Shown piece after piece: positions 1-10,759 of a stretch of 64,000 nucleotides of DNA. The position numbers and the translations under genes are program-made. How positions within the stretch are numbered: position 1 is the first letter of the stretch; every line of letters begins with the position of its first letter. The stretch lies in assembly GCF_006345805.1 (NCBI RefSeq), contig NC_042997.1:868001-932000 (forward strand), read 5' to 3'. The notes under the pieces are model-generated. The model saw nothing but the letters and a program-made list of their open reading frames with translations, made no database searches and was not told where the DNA came from. The DNA is from Octopus sinensis. Taxonomy: Eukaryota.

Positions 1-655
1 ATTGCAGCTAGTATTTGTTGTCGCGTAGGTAGGATTGTGAGATGACAGCCTGAGTCTGTTATTTTTTAATTGAGTGGGGAGGTGGTTAATAAGGGATGTC
101 TTATTGCTAGTATGTGGTTTAATTTGGGGTACAGTGCACCGAGGATTGAAGTTGAAGTTTCTGTTTGTTCGAGGAGGCGAATATCGATCCCAAATTAGGT
201 GTGGTGGAGTAGGAGATTTCCACGAATATTTTGTTAAATATGAGATAATATTTATGCTGTGGTGGAAAATTAGATTTTAAGATTTTTAAAATAAGAGTTT
301 AAGCAGCGATATAACTTGGAGAGAGAAAGGTGATGCGAACGATGAAGTATCCCGTTACCTGGCATTTGAATGTCTAGAGTGTGTGGCTCTAGTGGATTGA
401 TCAGGATTGGGGCTTGTGAATTGTTATACTCTCGGAGTGGCCAGTGGGGCGACTGAGTGTGATGTGTAGAGCTTTCTTCTTGAGAGACATTGGATTGGTG
501 TAGAGTAGATGCTGTGTCCGTAGGTTTAGGATGAACATTGGAAAAGAGATGTGGGATTCTAATTTCAAGCTTAGTATTTGGGATATAATAAACTTTTTCG
601 CGGAAGCCGAATAATTGGAGGGTTTGATTATAATGGGCGTGAGCGTTAACAATTT
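1..655 (-). mobile_element. Penelope-like element fragment (RT thumb + linker), decayed, runs off the window start
   Basis: Manual minus-strand translation gives LKSNFPPQHKYYLIFNKIFVEISYSTTPNLGSIFASSNKQKL, matching the PLE linker motif (HFP..H.Y.K.FN...VK.SYS..PN) also seen at 4856-5221; stops and frameshifts present. Confidence 0.7.
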
Positions 656-941
656 TTTAATAATACAGATGTGAGAATTCTATCACTATTCTATAACTAT
701 CTCTATTCTCCCGCTTTTCTTTCTTTTTTCTTTTTCACCTTTTCTCTAATTCTTCTCCTCCCTTCACGTTCGAAATGTGAAGTAGATAAAACAGTGGACA
801 ACTGATGAAGTGATTGTTCTTTATGTGACCTGTCTCATTTTCCTACTTGTTTATGTTTATTTTAACGTCCTGTACCCATATATGCATGTGTATATACATA
901 TATATGTAGGTATATGCATGTATGTATGTATTATATATATA

Positions 942-993
<52 letters not shown>

Positions 994-1064
994 ATTATTT
1001 TAAGATCCAATGCTACGCATCCATTTCGAACCAAGTTATATATATATATATATACATATACACT

Positions 1065-1224
1065 ACGGGCTACTTTAAATTTCCGTCTACCAAATCGACA
1101 CAAAAGGCTTTGGTCGGCCCGAGAGTATAGTAGAAGATCATTGCCCAAGGTGCCACGCAACGGGACTGAACCTGGAACCATGTGGTTGGTAAGCAAGCTA
1201 CTTACCACACAGCCACACCAGCCC
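1065..1224 (-). mobile_element. tRNA-derived SINE family A, 5' half
   Basis: Reverse complement of GGCTGTGTGGTAAGTAGCTTGCTTACCAACCACATGGTTCCAGGTTCAGTCCC...GGCACCTTGGGCAA; same as the head of the full copy at 8153. Confidence 0.9.
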
Positions 1225-1260
1225 TTTGCGTATGCATATATGTGTGTGTGTATGTATATA

Positions 1261-1337
<77 letters not shown>

Positions 1338-1437
1338 CGGGAAGCTTTATGAAAATAAACAAAAGACGAAGGCAGGTGGAAAACAAACGAACAATTGTAT
1401 TAGTATGGCGCTCAGGAAATATAAATAAAACAAGTCT

Positions 1438-1472
1438 TTAACGTTTCGAGCCTACGCTCTTCAACAGAAAGA
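1438..1472 (-). ncRNA. Minimal type I hammerhead ribozyme motif (A6>U variant) in a PLE pLTR-like fragment (about 1337-1478)
   Basis: Minus strand UCUUU-CUGUUGA-A-GAGC(GUAG)GCUC-GAAAC-GUU-AAAGA: 5 bp stem I, 4 bp stem II, palindromic AACGUU stem III; related to the copy at 41125. Confidence 0.7.
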
Positions 1473-3559
1473 TACACATATATATATATATATACTATTT
1501 ATTGTATTAGTTTTGTTCGGCGACTGTAATGATATTAATTTTGATTATCTCATTATTTTATTTAAAATATAAATTTCATTGAATCTATTGTGAAGTTGTG
1601 AGCACACAGATATATAGACAATCTCAAGTATTATTTCTCTACGTGTTTCAGCTATGTAGTTTTGGATCAAGTATATCCAGTTCATACATTCACGCAGAAA
1701 CCAATTTACCTATCTGTATTTTTATTTGTTCTCGCATCAAACTACGAATGAATTTAGCAGAATACAATTTTATTTAATATGAAAAAATGTCAGCGAGTAA
1801 AGATGAAATGTACGCTTTTCTAATAACAGAAAATCTATTGCCTTGTTTTGCACTCGGATTATGAGAATTGGCAGAACAAGCTATGAGTCATAGTTTCTTT
1901 GTGTTCTCTTTCATTCATTTATTCTACTTCGATATTTTCCGAATTGAGGTTGCTCCTGTTATGATTATATTAATCTGAACTTCAATAAATTATTGTTCTA
2001 CTATTTTTTTTGTTTAAGTATATTTAATGTAAACTCTATAGCATTCGTTATCATCATGCAATTATAAAATAGTTTTCCCATTGTTAATTTTCAACAGAAA
2101 GTATTCCAAATATTCGTTAGAAATTCCCCTGGGCTTCATTGTAACGTGCATTTTTAACAAGATCAATTTTGAAACGTTACAATGTAGATAAAGTAGTGAA
2201 ATAATATAAAATACCTAACTTTATTGTTTTATTCACATAGGAAACTATATTCTAAAGTGTTTTCAATATGCTATTTATAACCCTTATAATTTTCAAACGA
2301 TTACAAGTGCATTCACATACATCGTTGTATGTGAAAATGTAAGTATAGTCGTGAACACCGCTTCTTATGGTTTAGGTTTCTGACCCATCTCTCTCTGCCT
2401 CATTTTCTCACGCTTCGATTTACCACTGCCGTTTCATTAAATTATGTTTCCCAAAATCCCTTAAAATATTTTTCAATTCTATCTCACAATTTCGGCATTT
2501 GCTGTTTCTTTAAAATATTTGCTGTTTCATTAAATTAGTTGCTGTTCCATTAAATTATGTTACCCCAAATCCCTAAGAATATTCTTCTTCCTCGTGTTGT
2601 AGTTACTGCCTGACCACCTAACTCTGACTCTTCTCTCTTTCTCTGCCACACTGTCTCTCCCTTCGCTTTACCATTGCTGTTTTATTAAATTGTTTCCCAA
2701 AATCCCGTCTACACATGCTGGTTTGCTGTTGAAATTTTATAGAACCTTATGAACAATAAAATGTGTGCGTTTGTTCGTCTGTCGCCCGTCAACAGCCTAT
2801 GTTGGTTTGTTTACGCTCAACAGCTTAACATTTCGGTAAAAAATGTTCGCTGTACATACACACACACACACATACATTCACACATATACACACACACGCG
2901 TGTATATCTATGCATCTCTATATAAATATATGTATATATGTCCATATGTATGTGTGTGTATATATATATCTGTGTGTGTGTGTATATATATGCACTTTTT
3001 AATCGTCAGCGCAGACATAATCAAAACACTTAAAAATGAAAATGCCTTTAATATAAATAAATATATTTAAAGGGAATAATTTTAAAAAATTCCCTATTTT
3101 CAGGGTTTTCAAACGGACTACTTGATAAATTCTTTTAAAGATTTTATTCTATTTTTAAATTGTAAATTTAACCGGAATATATTAAGCGATGAATCTATTC
3201 TAAAAAAAGCACGTATACCAAATATGCAATTCTAAAAGCCCGCCTCTTACATAGATATCTACAGGTAAACAACTCTATGTACTATGCTGGATACATTTGG
3301 TCTTCGTCTGTATGTTGTTTTTTTTTTTTTCATTCTTATGCGTCTTGATTATATCTGCACTGACGATTAAAAAGTGCATTTTGTGCACTAATCATGAAAT
3401 CATATGATCTGCGGCTTAATCTGTTTTTAAGGAACTCGCTTCGAGAGTTGCATCCCCTCGCGTTCGGCGCAATGTGTTTATGATAGTAGTTTTGACTTTA
3501 AGAGTCACTCATCGCTTGAGGCATTTATGTATAATAATGCCCCTAATATATATTTATAT

Positions 3560-3657
3560 ATCTGTAATGTATGTGGCAATTATTCGGTTGCCATAATAAA
3601 ACTCCGAGTTTCGGATGTCGGGGCGGAAACCTGCACCGGCATCTCTTCAATTATCTA
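3560..3657 (-). mobile_element. PLE pseudo-LTR segment with HHR-like motif (C3>U)
   Basis: Minus strand AUAA-UUGAAGA-GAUG...CAUC-C-GAAAC-UCGGAGUU-UUAU; inverted copy at about 5775-5885. Confidence 0.7.
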
Positions 3658-3880
3658 GGCAATTAAAATATGCTTTGAAAATGACCGCTATATAAGGGAA
3701 AAAGCTGAAGAGGAGGATATGTAAAGTAAAGGAGTAAAATGCACATATCATTCGCGTATGCGCGCATGTACATGCATACACATGCACGCACGTACACGCA
3801 CGTGCATGTGCCTATATGCATATGTCCATTCAGACTCGCATGAAACACACACATGCGAACCCAAACTTACGCCGAAAAGA

Positions 3881-3916
<36 letters not shown>

Positions 3917-4575
3917 ACCATGCATGTACACGTATACACATCCACATACACGCTCACACACCCATTTATACATACCCATACGCACACAGTTATATTCAAA
4001 TACACATCTAAAAATACGCACATGCTATGTGCTCGCTCACACTCGCGTGGAACACATGTATGTACACCCACACATACATGCAACCATACACATGAACATA
4101 TACGTGTGAATATATACATGCCCGCACACACACGCACGATTTTCACATTTGTATATCCGCACACACGCGCGCACACACACATGTGCACGTACCCATATGC
4201 GCAGAGTTATATTCAAATGCACGTCTAAAATATGTACATGCTATATATACATATAATCAATTATTCACGCGGGGAAGACACGCATATAGATCCACGTATA
4301 AATGCAACAATACACATGTACATATATACATACCCGTACACACGTACACACACGCACAAAAAAATCAAATACACGTCTATATACGCATATGCACATGACA
4401 AATGCAGGGTGGAACGTAAAATACAGGAAAAAAATGTGTAAAAATATATAAAGAAATAAAGATATAAAAATATATCTATATAAATACGTAAAAAAATATT
4501 TAAGAAACATATATATATATATATATATATATAAAGTATCGAGAGCTAAAAAGCTAGTAAGTAGACACAATATAG

Positions 4576-5595
4576 AACAAGTTCTATCTGTGATCTTGTG
4601 GGGTGGGGGACCAAAAACGTAACAAATATTTAGCTCCATGTCGACATGATCCAAAATTTCAGTTCTTGAAATTAGACATGTAGTGGTGTCTAAGCTGCTC
4701 TTCCGGATGAGCCATTTTTCCATATCACGAAGAGCGCACTTTCCACTGCCGTTGGTATAAGGCTCAAATTTGGATAAGATTTTCCAATGGATTCTGTAAG
4801 TGGCACCTTTATCTTCAAAGGACCATATCTGACTGGATAATCTGATCGTTTTCCTTTAATCCCAGTGCCTGAAGCGCAAAGTCTGATTGTTGAACCTGGC
4901 CTTGAAATACCTCTCTGTAAGGCCCACATATTTCTTTATTGAAACTTTGCCCTTAGTGGTTGTAGAGTCTACTGTGGCTTTATAAATGATGGCTTCCGAC
5001 ATGCAAGTTCCATTTAGCGGGCGCATATCTTTATCCCTGCATGAACAGCTGGTTTCATATTGTGGTTTTTGTGTGTTGTTTGCGATTATATTTTTTAAAT
5101 TAGTAGTTGAGCTGAAACCGATTTTTAAGTTATGTCCATTGAAGAGCTTTCTGTAACTATGGTTGACTGGAAAATGTCTATCTATCAGTGCTATGAAATA
5201 TCTACCTATATGAAAGGTCACTTCGGTAGAGTAGGGATGTGTGTGAACCAGATGGTTTTCCTATTCCTATGTTTCCTTTTCTTTATCATTGAACTGGTAA
5301 CAGGTGTTTAGGTTAATTCCTCGCTAAAACCACTATCTTTTAAAGCCTTATTATATACTGGGGCAACTCTAATAAAAATGTACCTCTCGGAGGAGAGGCT
5401 TGAAATTCTTTTCCTAATGTTTTTAACTCAATTTTTAAACAGCATGGGAGATGGCAGGACACCCACATTAATATAACTAAGAATATCGCCGGTCTTCCTA
5501 TAACGTTTATAAATATCTTTATTTAGATCTAAAAATACATCCAGGAAATTGACAACCGTCAGGTTGGTATCTGCAGTTATGTTAAGACCGATAGT
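4576..5595 (-). mobile_element. Penelope-like element 3' part: RT C-terminus, linker and GIY-YIG endonuclease (pseudogene)
   Basis: Translations GLNITADTNLTVVNFLDV, RKRISSLSSE..YNKALKDSGFSEEL, IGRYFIALIDRHFPVNHSYRKLFN, CSCRDK..PLNGTC..IIYKATV...KYVGLTERYFKARFNN, PYTNGSGKC...EKWLI...RTEILDH.RH; frameshifted. Confidence 0.92.
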
Positions 5596-5684
5596 TTCCT
5601 TCTCTTTATTTTTGGACTGGTGACATGTGTATAGTTTATTTCCTCGCTAAAACCATCGGCAAACTAAAGAGTCTAAATTCTAAA

Positions 5685-5885
5685 GATGTCTAAATTCAAC
5701 AACTGAACTTTTTGGACCATGTCCATATGTGGCTAAATATTTGTTACGTTTTTGGTTCCCTCAAGATCACACGTAGAACTGAAGAGATGCCGGTGCCGTT
5801 TTCCGCCCCGACATCCAAAACTCGGAATCTTATTATGGCAACCGAATAATTGTCACATATATTGTCACATATTATATTACAGATT
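5685..5885 (+). mobile_element. Inverted pseudo-LTR at the 5' truncation point of the PLE, with HHR-like motif at 5779-5832 (G12>A)
   Basis: 5685-5780 is a reverse-complement homologue of 4581-4680 (ORF 3' end); 5775-5885 is a reverse-complement homologue of 3560-3655; CUGAAGA-GAUG...CAUC-CAAAAC. Confidence 0.8.
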
Positions 5886-6018
5886 AATTGCTCTATTTAC
5901 ATAGTAACAAGGTCTCTTTCATTCTTCTGTTGTCTTAGCATTACTATTAATATAAATATAAGTATAAATATAAATATAAATATAAATATATATGTATATG
6001 TATATGTATATATATATG

Positions 6019-6142
<124 letters not shown>

Positions 6143-7776
6143 CTCAAACACACATACACAGATTTCTAAATTTAGTGGGAAAATGTCGGGGAAAAATTCA
6201 AAAACAGAAATCAGAACATATATCAATAAATATATGCACATTTGGAACACATATTTACATATGCATCGTCACATTCAAAACACTTTCACGAAAAATGACC
6301 ACCTAAAACATCCTCGACTGATTCAATCTTTAAACAGATGAAAAAAAATAGTCAAAATTTTGTAAAGTGATTAAAGAAACATAAAATGATAAATGCAATG
6401 TAAACTTTACTAACGTAGATAGCTTAATTGTTGATACCTCCAAAGAATTTATAAGTAAATTCTTCGCTTAAACAATTAGTTTTAATTTCTTCCTAGGCAA
6501 TTTGGCATATTTCTGATAAGATATATCTGGTGACCGCTATACATTTAATGTGCCTCGATTTTAATCATTTTCGTTTTGTACTTTTAGAAATCAGAATATG
6601 TGACGTAGCTTTTGACCTGATAACTCACGGCTAAACGTCCAATAACTGATAAGCTAGGTTAAATAATTTGTGTTCGGTTTCCCATTTTCATGATAATCTC
6701 ACTTCCCATAGGGTATGATGCCTCATCTACCGTCAGTTAAATATAATTATCAGAACAAGTTGATATTTTCAATTTGGAATATATTATTTAATATATTTTC
6801 TAACTTAGAAAATGATACATATATATGCGTATGTGTGTGTGGGGGGGCATGTGTGTGCGTGTATGTGTGTGCGTGTGTGTGTGTATGTGTGTGTGTGTGT
6901 GCATGTGCAAGCGGGTGTGTATATCTGTGTGTGCGTGAGTGCGCCCGCGTGTGTATGTGTGCGGGTGTAGATAGATAGATAAATATGTATATGTATATTG
7001 AATATTATACATTGGTGTAAGCTTGGTGTGTTCAAAGAAAATAGGGCCTCTGTGGAAATATATTTTCAATATTCAAAGCATCTAACTTCTTTTTATCATT
7101 CTCGAGCATTCTTAAAGCATATCCTCTGAAAGAAAAGAGAATATCACAAGAAAAAAATATCTTCAGAAAACAGAAACTTATGGCAAGAAGCCGAGGTGTC
7201 TAGTTCAGAAGAATTTCTTGGCATGACACGAATATTTTTATCATTAAATGATATTCAGAAAGTAACTAGACTGGAAATAAGTTCTATTTGATTAAATAAT
7301 GTGCAATTCTTTTTTTCTCTTTCTATGGAGCAAATCATTCTAAATAACATCAATAATTTTGCAAAGAAAAACAAAATATTTAAAACTATTGTGTATAGCA
7401 ATGTATTGAATTATAATTGTTGGAATATTTTACGTATTTTATAAGGAATCTGGATTTTTTAGCAAAATAATTGATAGAAAAGGAAGATGTTACATTATAG
7501 TTCATATATATTTATTAGCTTTAGTGTAACATTTTTCTCAAAGGTCCAATTATATCGAAAATTAATCTGCGTAAATAAATAACTGTGGTAATAGAGCCGC
7601 TCGATGTAGGGTGAATTAACTACGTAGTTGCTGAAAGACGGCCTCAAATCAGAATTGAAATCTCCGCTGTACAATATTACAAGTTGCTGTTTTTTCACTT
7701 ATTCTCGGCCATTTTTCTGTATCGTTTAGAGATAAAACGAAATATCAAGGTTTTCCATTTGTTTTGGCGTTTTCAG

Positions 7777-7825
7777 GCTTTCTTACCCGAGTAACACTGA
7801 TGTACTTGAACTTTAGTTTGTCGAT
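7777..7825 (+). CDS. Candidate small internal exon (GFLTRVTLMYLNFSLS), unknown protein
   Basis: ccatttgttttggcgttttcag| acceptor and |gtgagt donor, one open frame (phase 1 to 2); no homology recognised. Confidence 0.25.
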
Positions 7826-8152
7826 GTGAGTGACAAAAATGTGAGCAGTTAGTATCTGCAGAAAAAAAAAAAAACGAGTGAGTAAATCAAGGCGTACCTG
7901 AGACACAGAAAGAGGAAAGTGTTAATCGGTAGAAGGCGTCAACATAGTCCCATTCAATGAAGTACATGAGCTATCCAGAATTTGTAGTCCACTCGTGTGT
8001 AACTGCTTGTTGCTGGTTCGATAGCTATTGGAGCCAATAACGTCTTTATTCGAGCAAGTGAGTATCATGAAAAGTATTGCGCTTTAATTATGATAGTCTA
8101 GTTGTGTTTTAATTAGGAACAGCAATTTATATACTTGAAGAAGAAACGTAAA

Positions 8153-8317
8153 GGCGCAGGAGTGGCTGTGTGGTAAGTAGCTTGCTAACCAACCACATGG
8201 TTCCTGGTTCAGTCCCACTGCGTGGCATCTTGGGCTAGTGTCTTCTGCTATAGCCCCGAGCCGACCAATGCCTTGTGAGTGGATTTGGTAGACGGAAACT
8301 GATAGAAGCCTGTCGTA

Positions 8318-8368
<51 letters not shown>

Positions 8369-8595
8369 TTGTGTGTCTGTGTTTGTCCCCCTAGCATTGC
8401 TTGACAACCGATGCTGGTGTGTTTACGTCCCCGTCACTTAGCGGTTCGGCAAAAGAGACTGATAGAATAAGTACTGGGCTTACAAAGAATAAGTCCCGGG
8501 ATCGATTTGCTCGACTAAAGGCGGTGCTCCAGCATGGCCGCAGTCAAATGACTGAAACAAGTAAAAGAGTAAAAGAGAGTAAAAGAGAGTAAAGA
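8153..8595 (+). mobile_element. Full-length tRNA-derived SINE family A (octopus-type) with internal (TA)n(TG)n and (GTAAAAGA)n tail
   Basis: A-box TGGCTGTGTGG, B-box GGTTCAGTCCC, body GCACCTTGGGCAAG-like, 3' GGTGCTCCAGCATGGCCGCAGTCAAATGACTGAAACAAGTAAAAGAG; four further copies in the window. Confidence 0.92.
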
Positions 8596-9307
8596 CAGCA
8601 GCTTACAGAATGCATTATCTAAATAAGATGGATATACTTCTGTCATATGATCACTGATTAGAAGGCTAACATTTCCTGCAAGATTTTCTTTTGATCTCTT
8701 ATTCCTAGCTAATATCCTTTATCATTGAGAAATAATGTTAAATACTACACTTTTTCTTTTATGTTTGCTATGTCAAGCTTTAGTATTCGAGTGAGATCAT
8801 TGTGGTTAACACTCCGTTTAATGTTATCTGCATTGTAGATACGGAGAACTAATGTACTGTGTTAAATTGGTCGGCTTAATATGTATTTTGAAGGCATTTT
8901 GAGGTACAGAAAAGGGAATGCGATGATTTTGGAAATTATATTTTCGTACCCACCGTGTATTGATGCCTGGGGTCTAGTTTAGGACATGCGTCTCGTGTAC
9001 AATCAGTCTCAATTACATGAATTTACGTAAAAATCTCGCCGCTGAAAATATCGAATGGAGACATATGGCGATGTATTAGTCAGAATACATCAATCAGGAT
9101 CTAAAAACGAAAACATATAGAATCCATACACGATTACCTACCTCGCAGGTGTTAATTAAAACAAACATGAACGTATATTTTACTCATATTAAAGGCAGTA
9201 ACATTTTATTTTTGAATATTTTCAGGATAGGTGAGATACATTTGTTTAATATTCTAAAAGATCAAAATTATAATCTTCCATCCCATAATGAGGTTTATAT
9301 TTGGTAG

Positions 9308-9406
9308 GTTAAATATCCGTAAACATCCATCAATTTTTGCTGATGGACCTCACTGGGATCTGTTTCCATATATTGCGATGATTCATGTACAGAGGCAAAA
9401 GAAATG
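9308..9406 (+). CDS. Candidate 99 bp internal exon (LNIRKHPSIFADGPHWDLFPYIAMIHVQRQKK), unknown protein
   Basis: ggtag| acceptor and |gtgagt donor, open frame phase 2-2, protein-like composition, in non-repetitive sequence; no family recognised. Confidence 0.4.
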
Positions 9407-9679
9407 GTGAGTCTAGTATGCATAAAAATTAGCTTGATTATACATTGTTTTGGATGGGAACGAAACGTTAGACCTTGTCATACATTCTCGTCATCTCTCC
9501 ACTGCTTTCACGATCTAATCTTCAGGAAACTCGAATGTCAGATTCTCCCCAGAGTCCCGCGACCAAACGGTTTTGGGGTCTAGGCTTGCACAAATGCTCG
9601 TCTCTATTTCCTCCCTGTTTTCTTTCCTTCATCCATGCTTGCTCCTCTTTAGTAGGTAACATCCTCTCCTCTCCAACAC

Positions 9680-10535
9680 GGACTAATTCCTAAAGGGTGA
9701 TTGATGAAGTTCTGTTACAACGTAGAGAGCTGGGTTTGTCAGTTCCTGTTATAATTGAGAACATGTGGAATCAGATAAGTGGGGCAATGTACGTTCAGTT
9801 GCCACTTTCAACTCTCCTCTTAATCAATCTGATCAATTTTCAAGGTGTCGCATAATTTCTTTTATTGCAAAATTCTTAGGGTGCTGGATTGATTCCCTGT
9901 CTGTGGCTAATATTAGAGGTCGTCTACTCGGTTTTGATGAGCTCCGCATTTCCATTGCACTCAGGTAGCAAACGTCTGCAGGGGATTGAAATATTGCTAT
10001 GGTAGGCCCCTCCATCCCACAGGTCTTCACGATCTGCCTAGCTACCTAAACGCTGGTCTCTTCACTCGTCAAACCGAGCTAAATTTAATCATTATACGCG
10101 CCCTGAGTCAGATTAATATCCCCCACATTTCTGTAACCCGCGGGATTATCCAGAAGTGATGGGAAGATACTAGATAGTTTTACCTTCTGTCCCTGGGTAG
10201 GTTACTTATCTGGGAGGCCACGGTCTGTGACTCTTTTGCTACCTCTCACATCCTGGATGTTACGGTTAAGGGAAAGGTCACTGCTTCCGTAGCCGAAAGG
10301 AACAAAACCATGAAGTATCAGTACCAGGCAGTGAACTATCTCTTCCAGCTTGTGGCGTTTGAGACATTTGGTAGGACTGGGCCACTAACGGCGAAGTTCT
10401 TCTCATTGACAGCCTACCTTACCAAGGTGTCAAGTGATGCCCGTGAGAGAACTTGGCTTTTCCAACGCCTTAGTTTCGCTATCTCTTGTAGTAATGCCGC
10501 GAACATCCAACTTTGCTTTTGTAGGCTCCATTGAA
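9680..10535 (+). mobile_element. CRE-clade non-LTR retrotransposon 3' fragment (restriction-like endonuclease domain), decayed
   Basis: GCWIDSLSVANIRGRLLGFDELRISIALR, IIRALSQINIP, GLSRSDGKILDS..CPW, LIWEATVCDSFATSH, KYQ...LFQLVAFETFGRTG, WLFQRLSFAISCSNAANI match the CRE motifs DGKRPDG / LxWDAT / VETLG / FQRLSxAxQRGNA. Confidence 0.85.
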
Positions 10536-10759
10536 CCTTGTAGTGAGTGACCAATAGAAGCTCTTGGTGCTGCATTGATGTTTTTTCTTTCTTTTCTTTC
10601 TCCCTTTTTCTTTTTTTTGTTTTTGTCTTTCTTTTGCAAAATATATTCTTGCACCATATATTCCTGTAGAGATTTTTATCTATATAATTTCAGCTTACTG
10701 AAATATTAGAAGATAGTTTAATCACAAGGCACCGATTATCTAGTGTCATGGCTGGGACA

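Noticed and set aside
795-830. CTGATGA at 802 as a hammerhead core
   Set aside because: No stem II or GAAA downstream; the region looks like a scrambled pLTR remnant only
7170-7265. Open frame ENRNLWQEAEVSSSEEFLGMTRIFLSLNDIQK sharing IFLSLN with the 44511 exon candidate
   Set aside because: Weak splice signals; a 6-residue match in AT-rich DNA is compatible with chance
7495-7698. GDFN motif suggesting an APE endonuclease
   Set aside because: Single short motif with no other APE or RT context nearby
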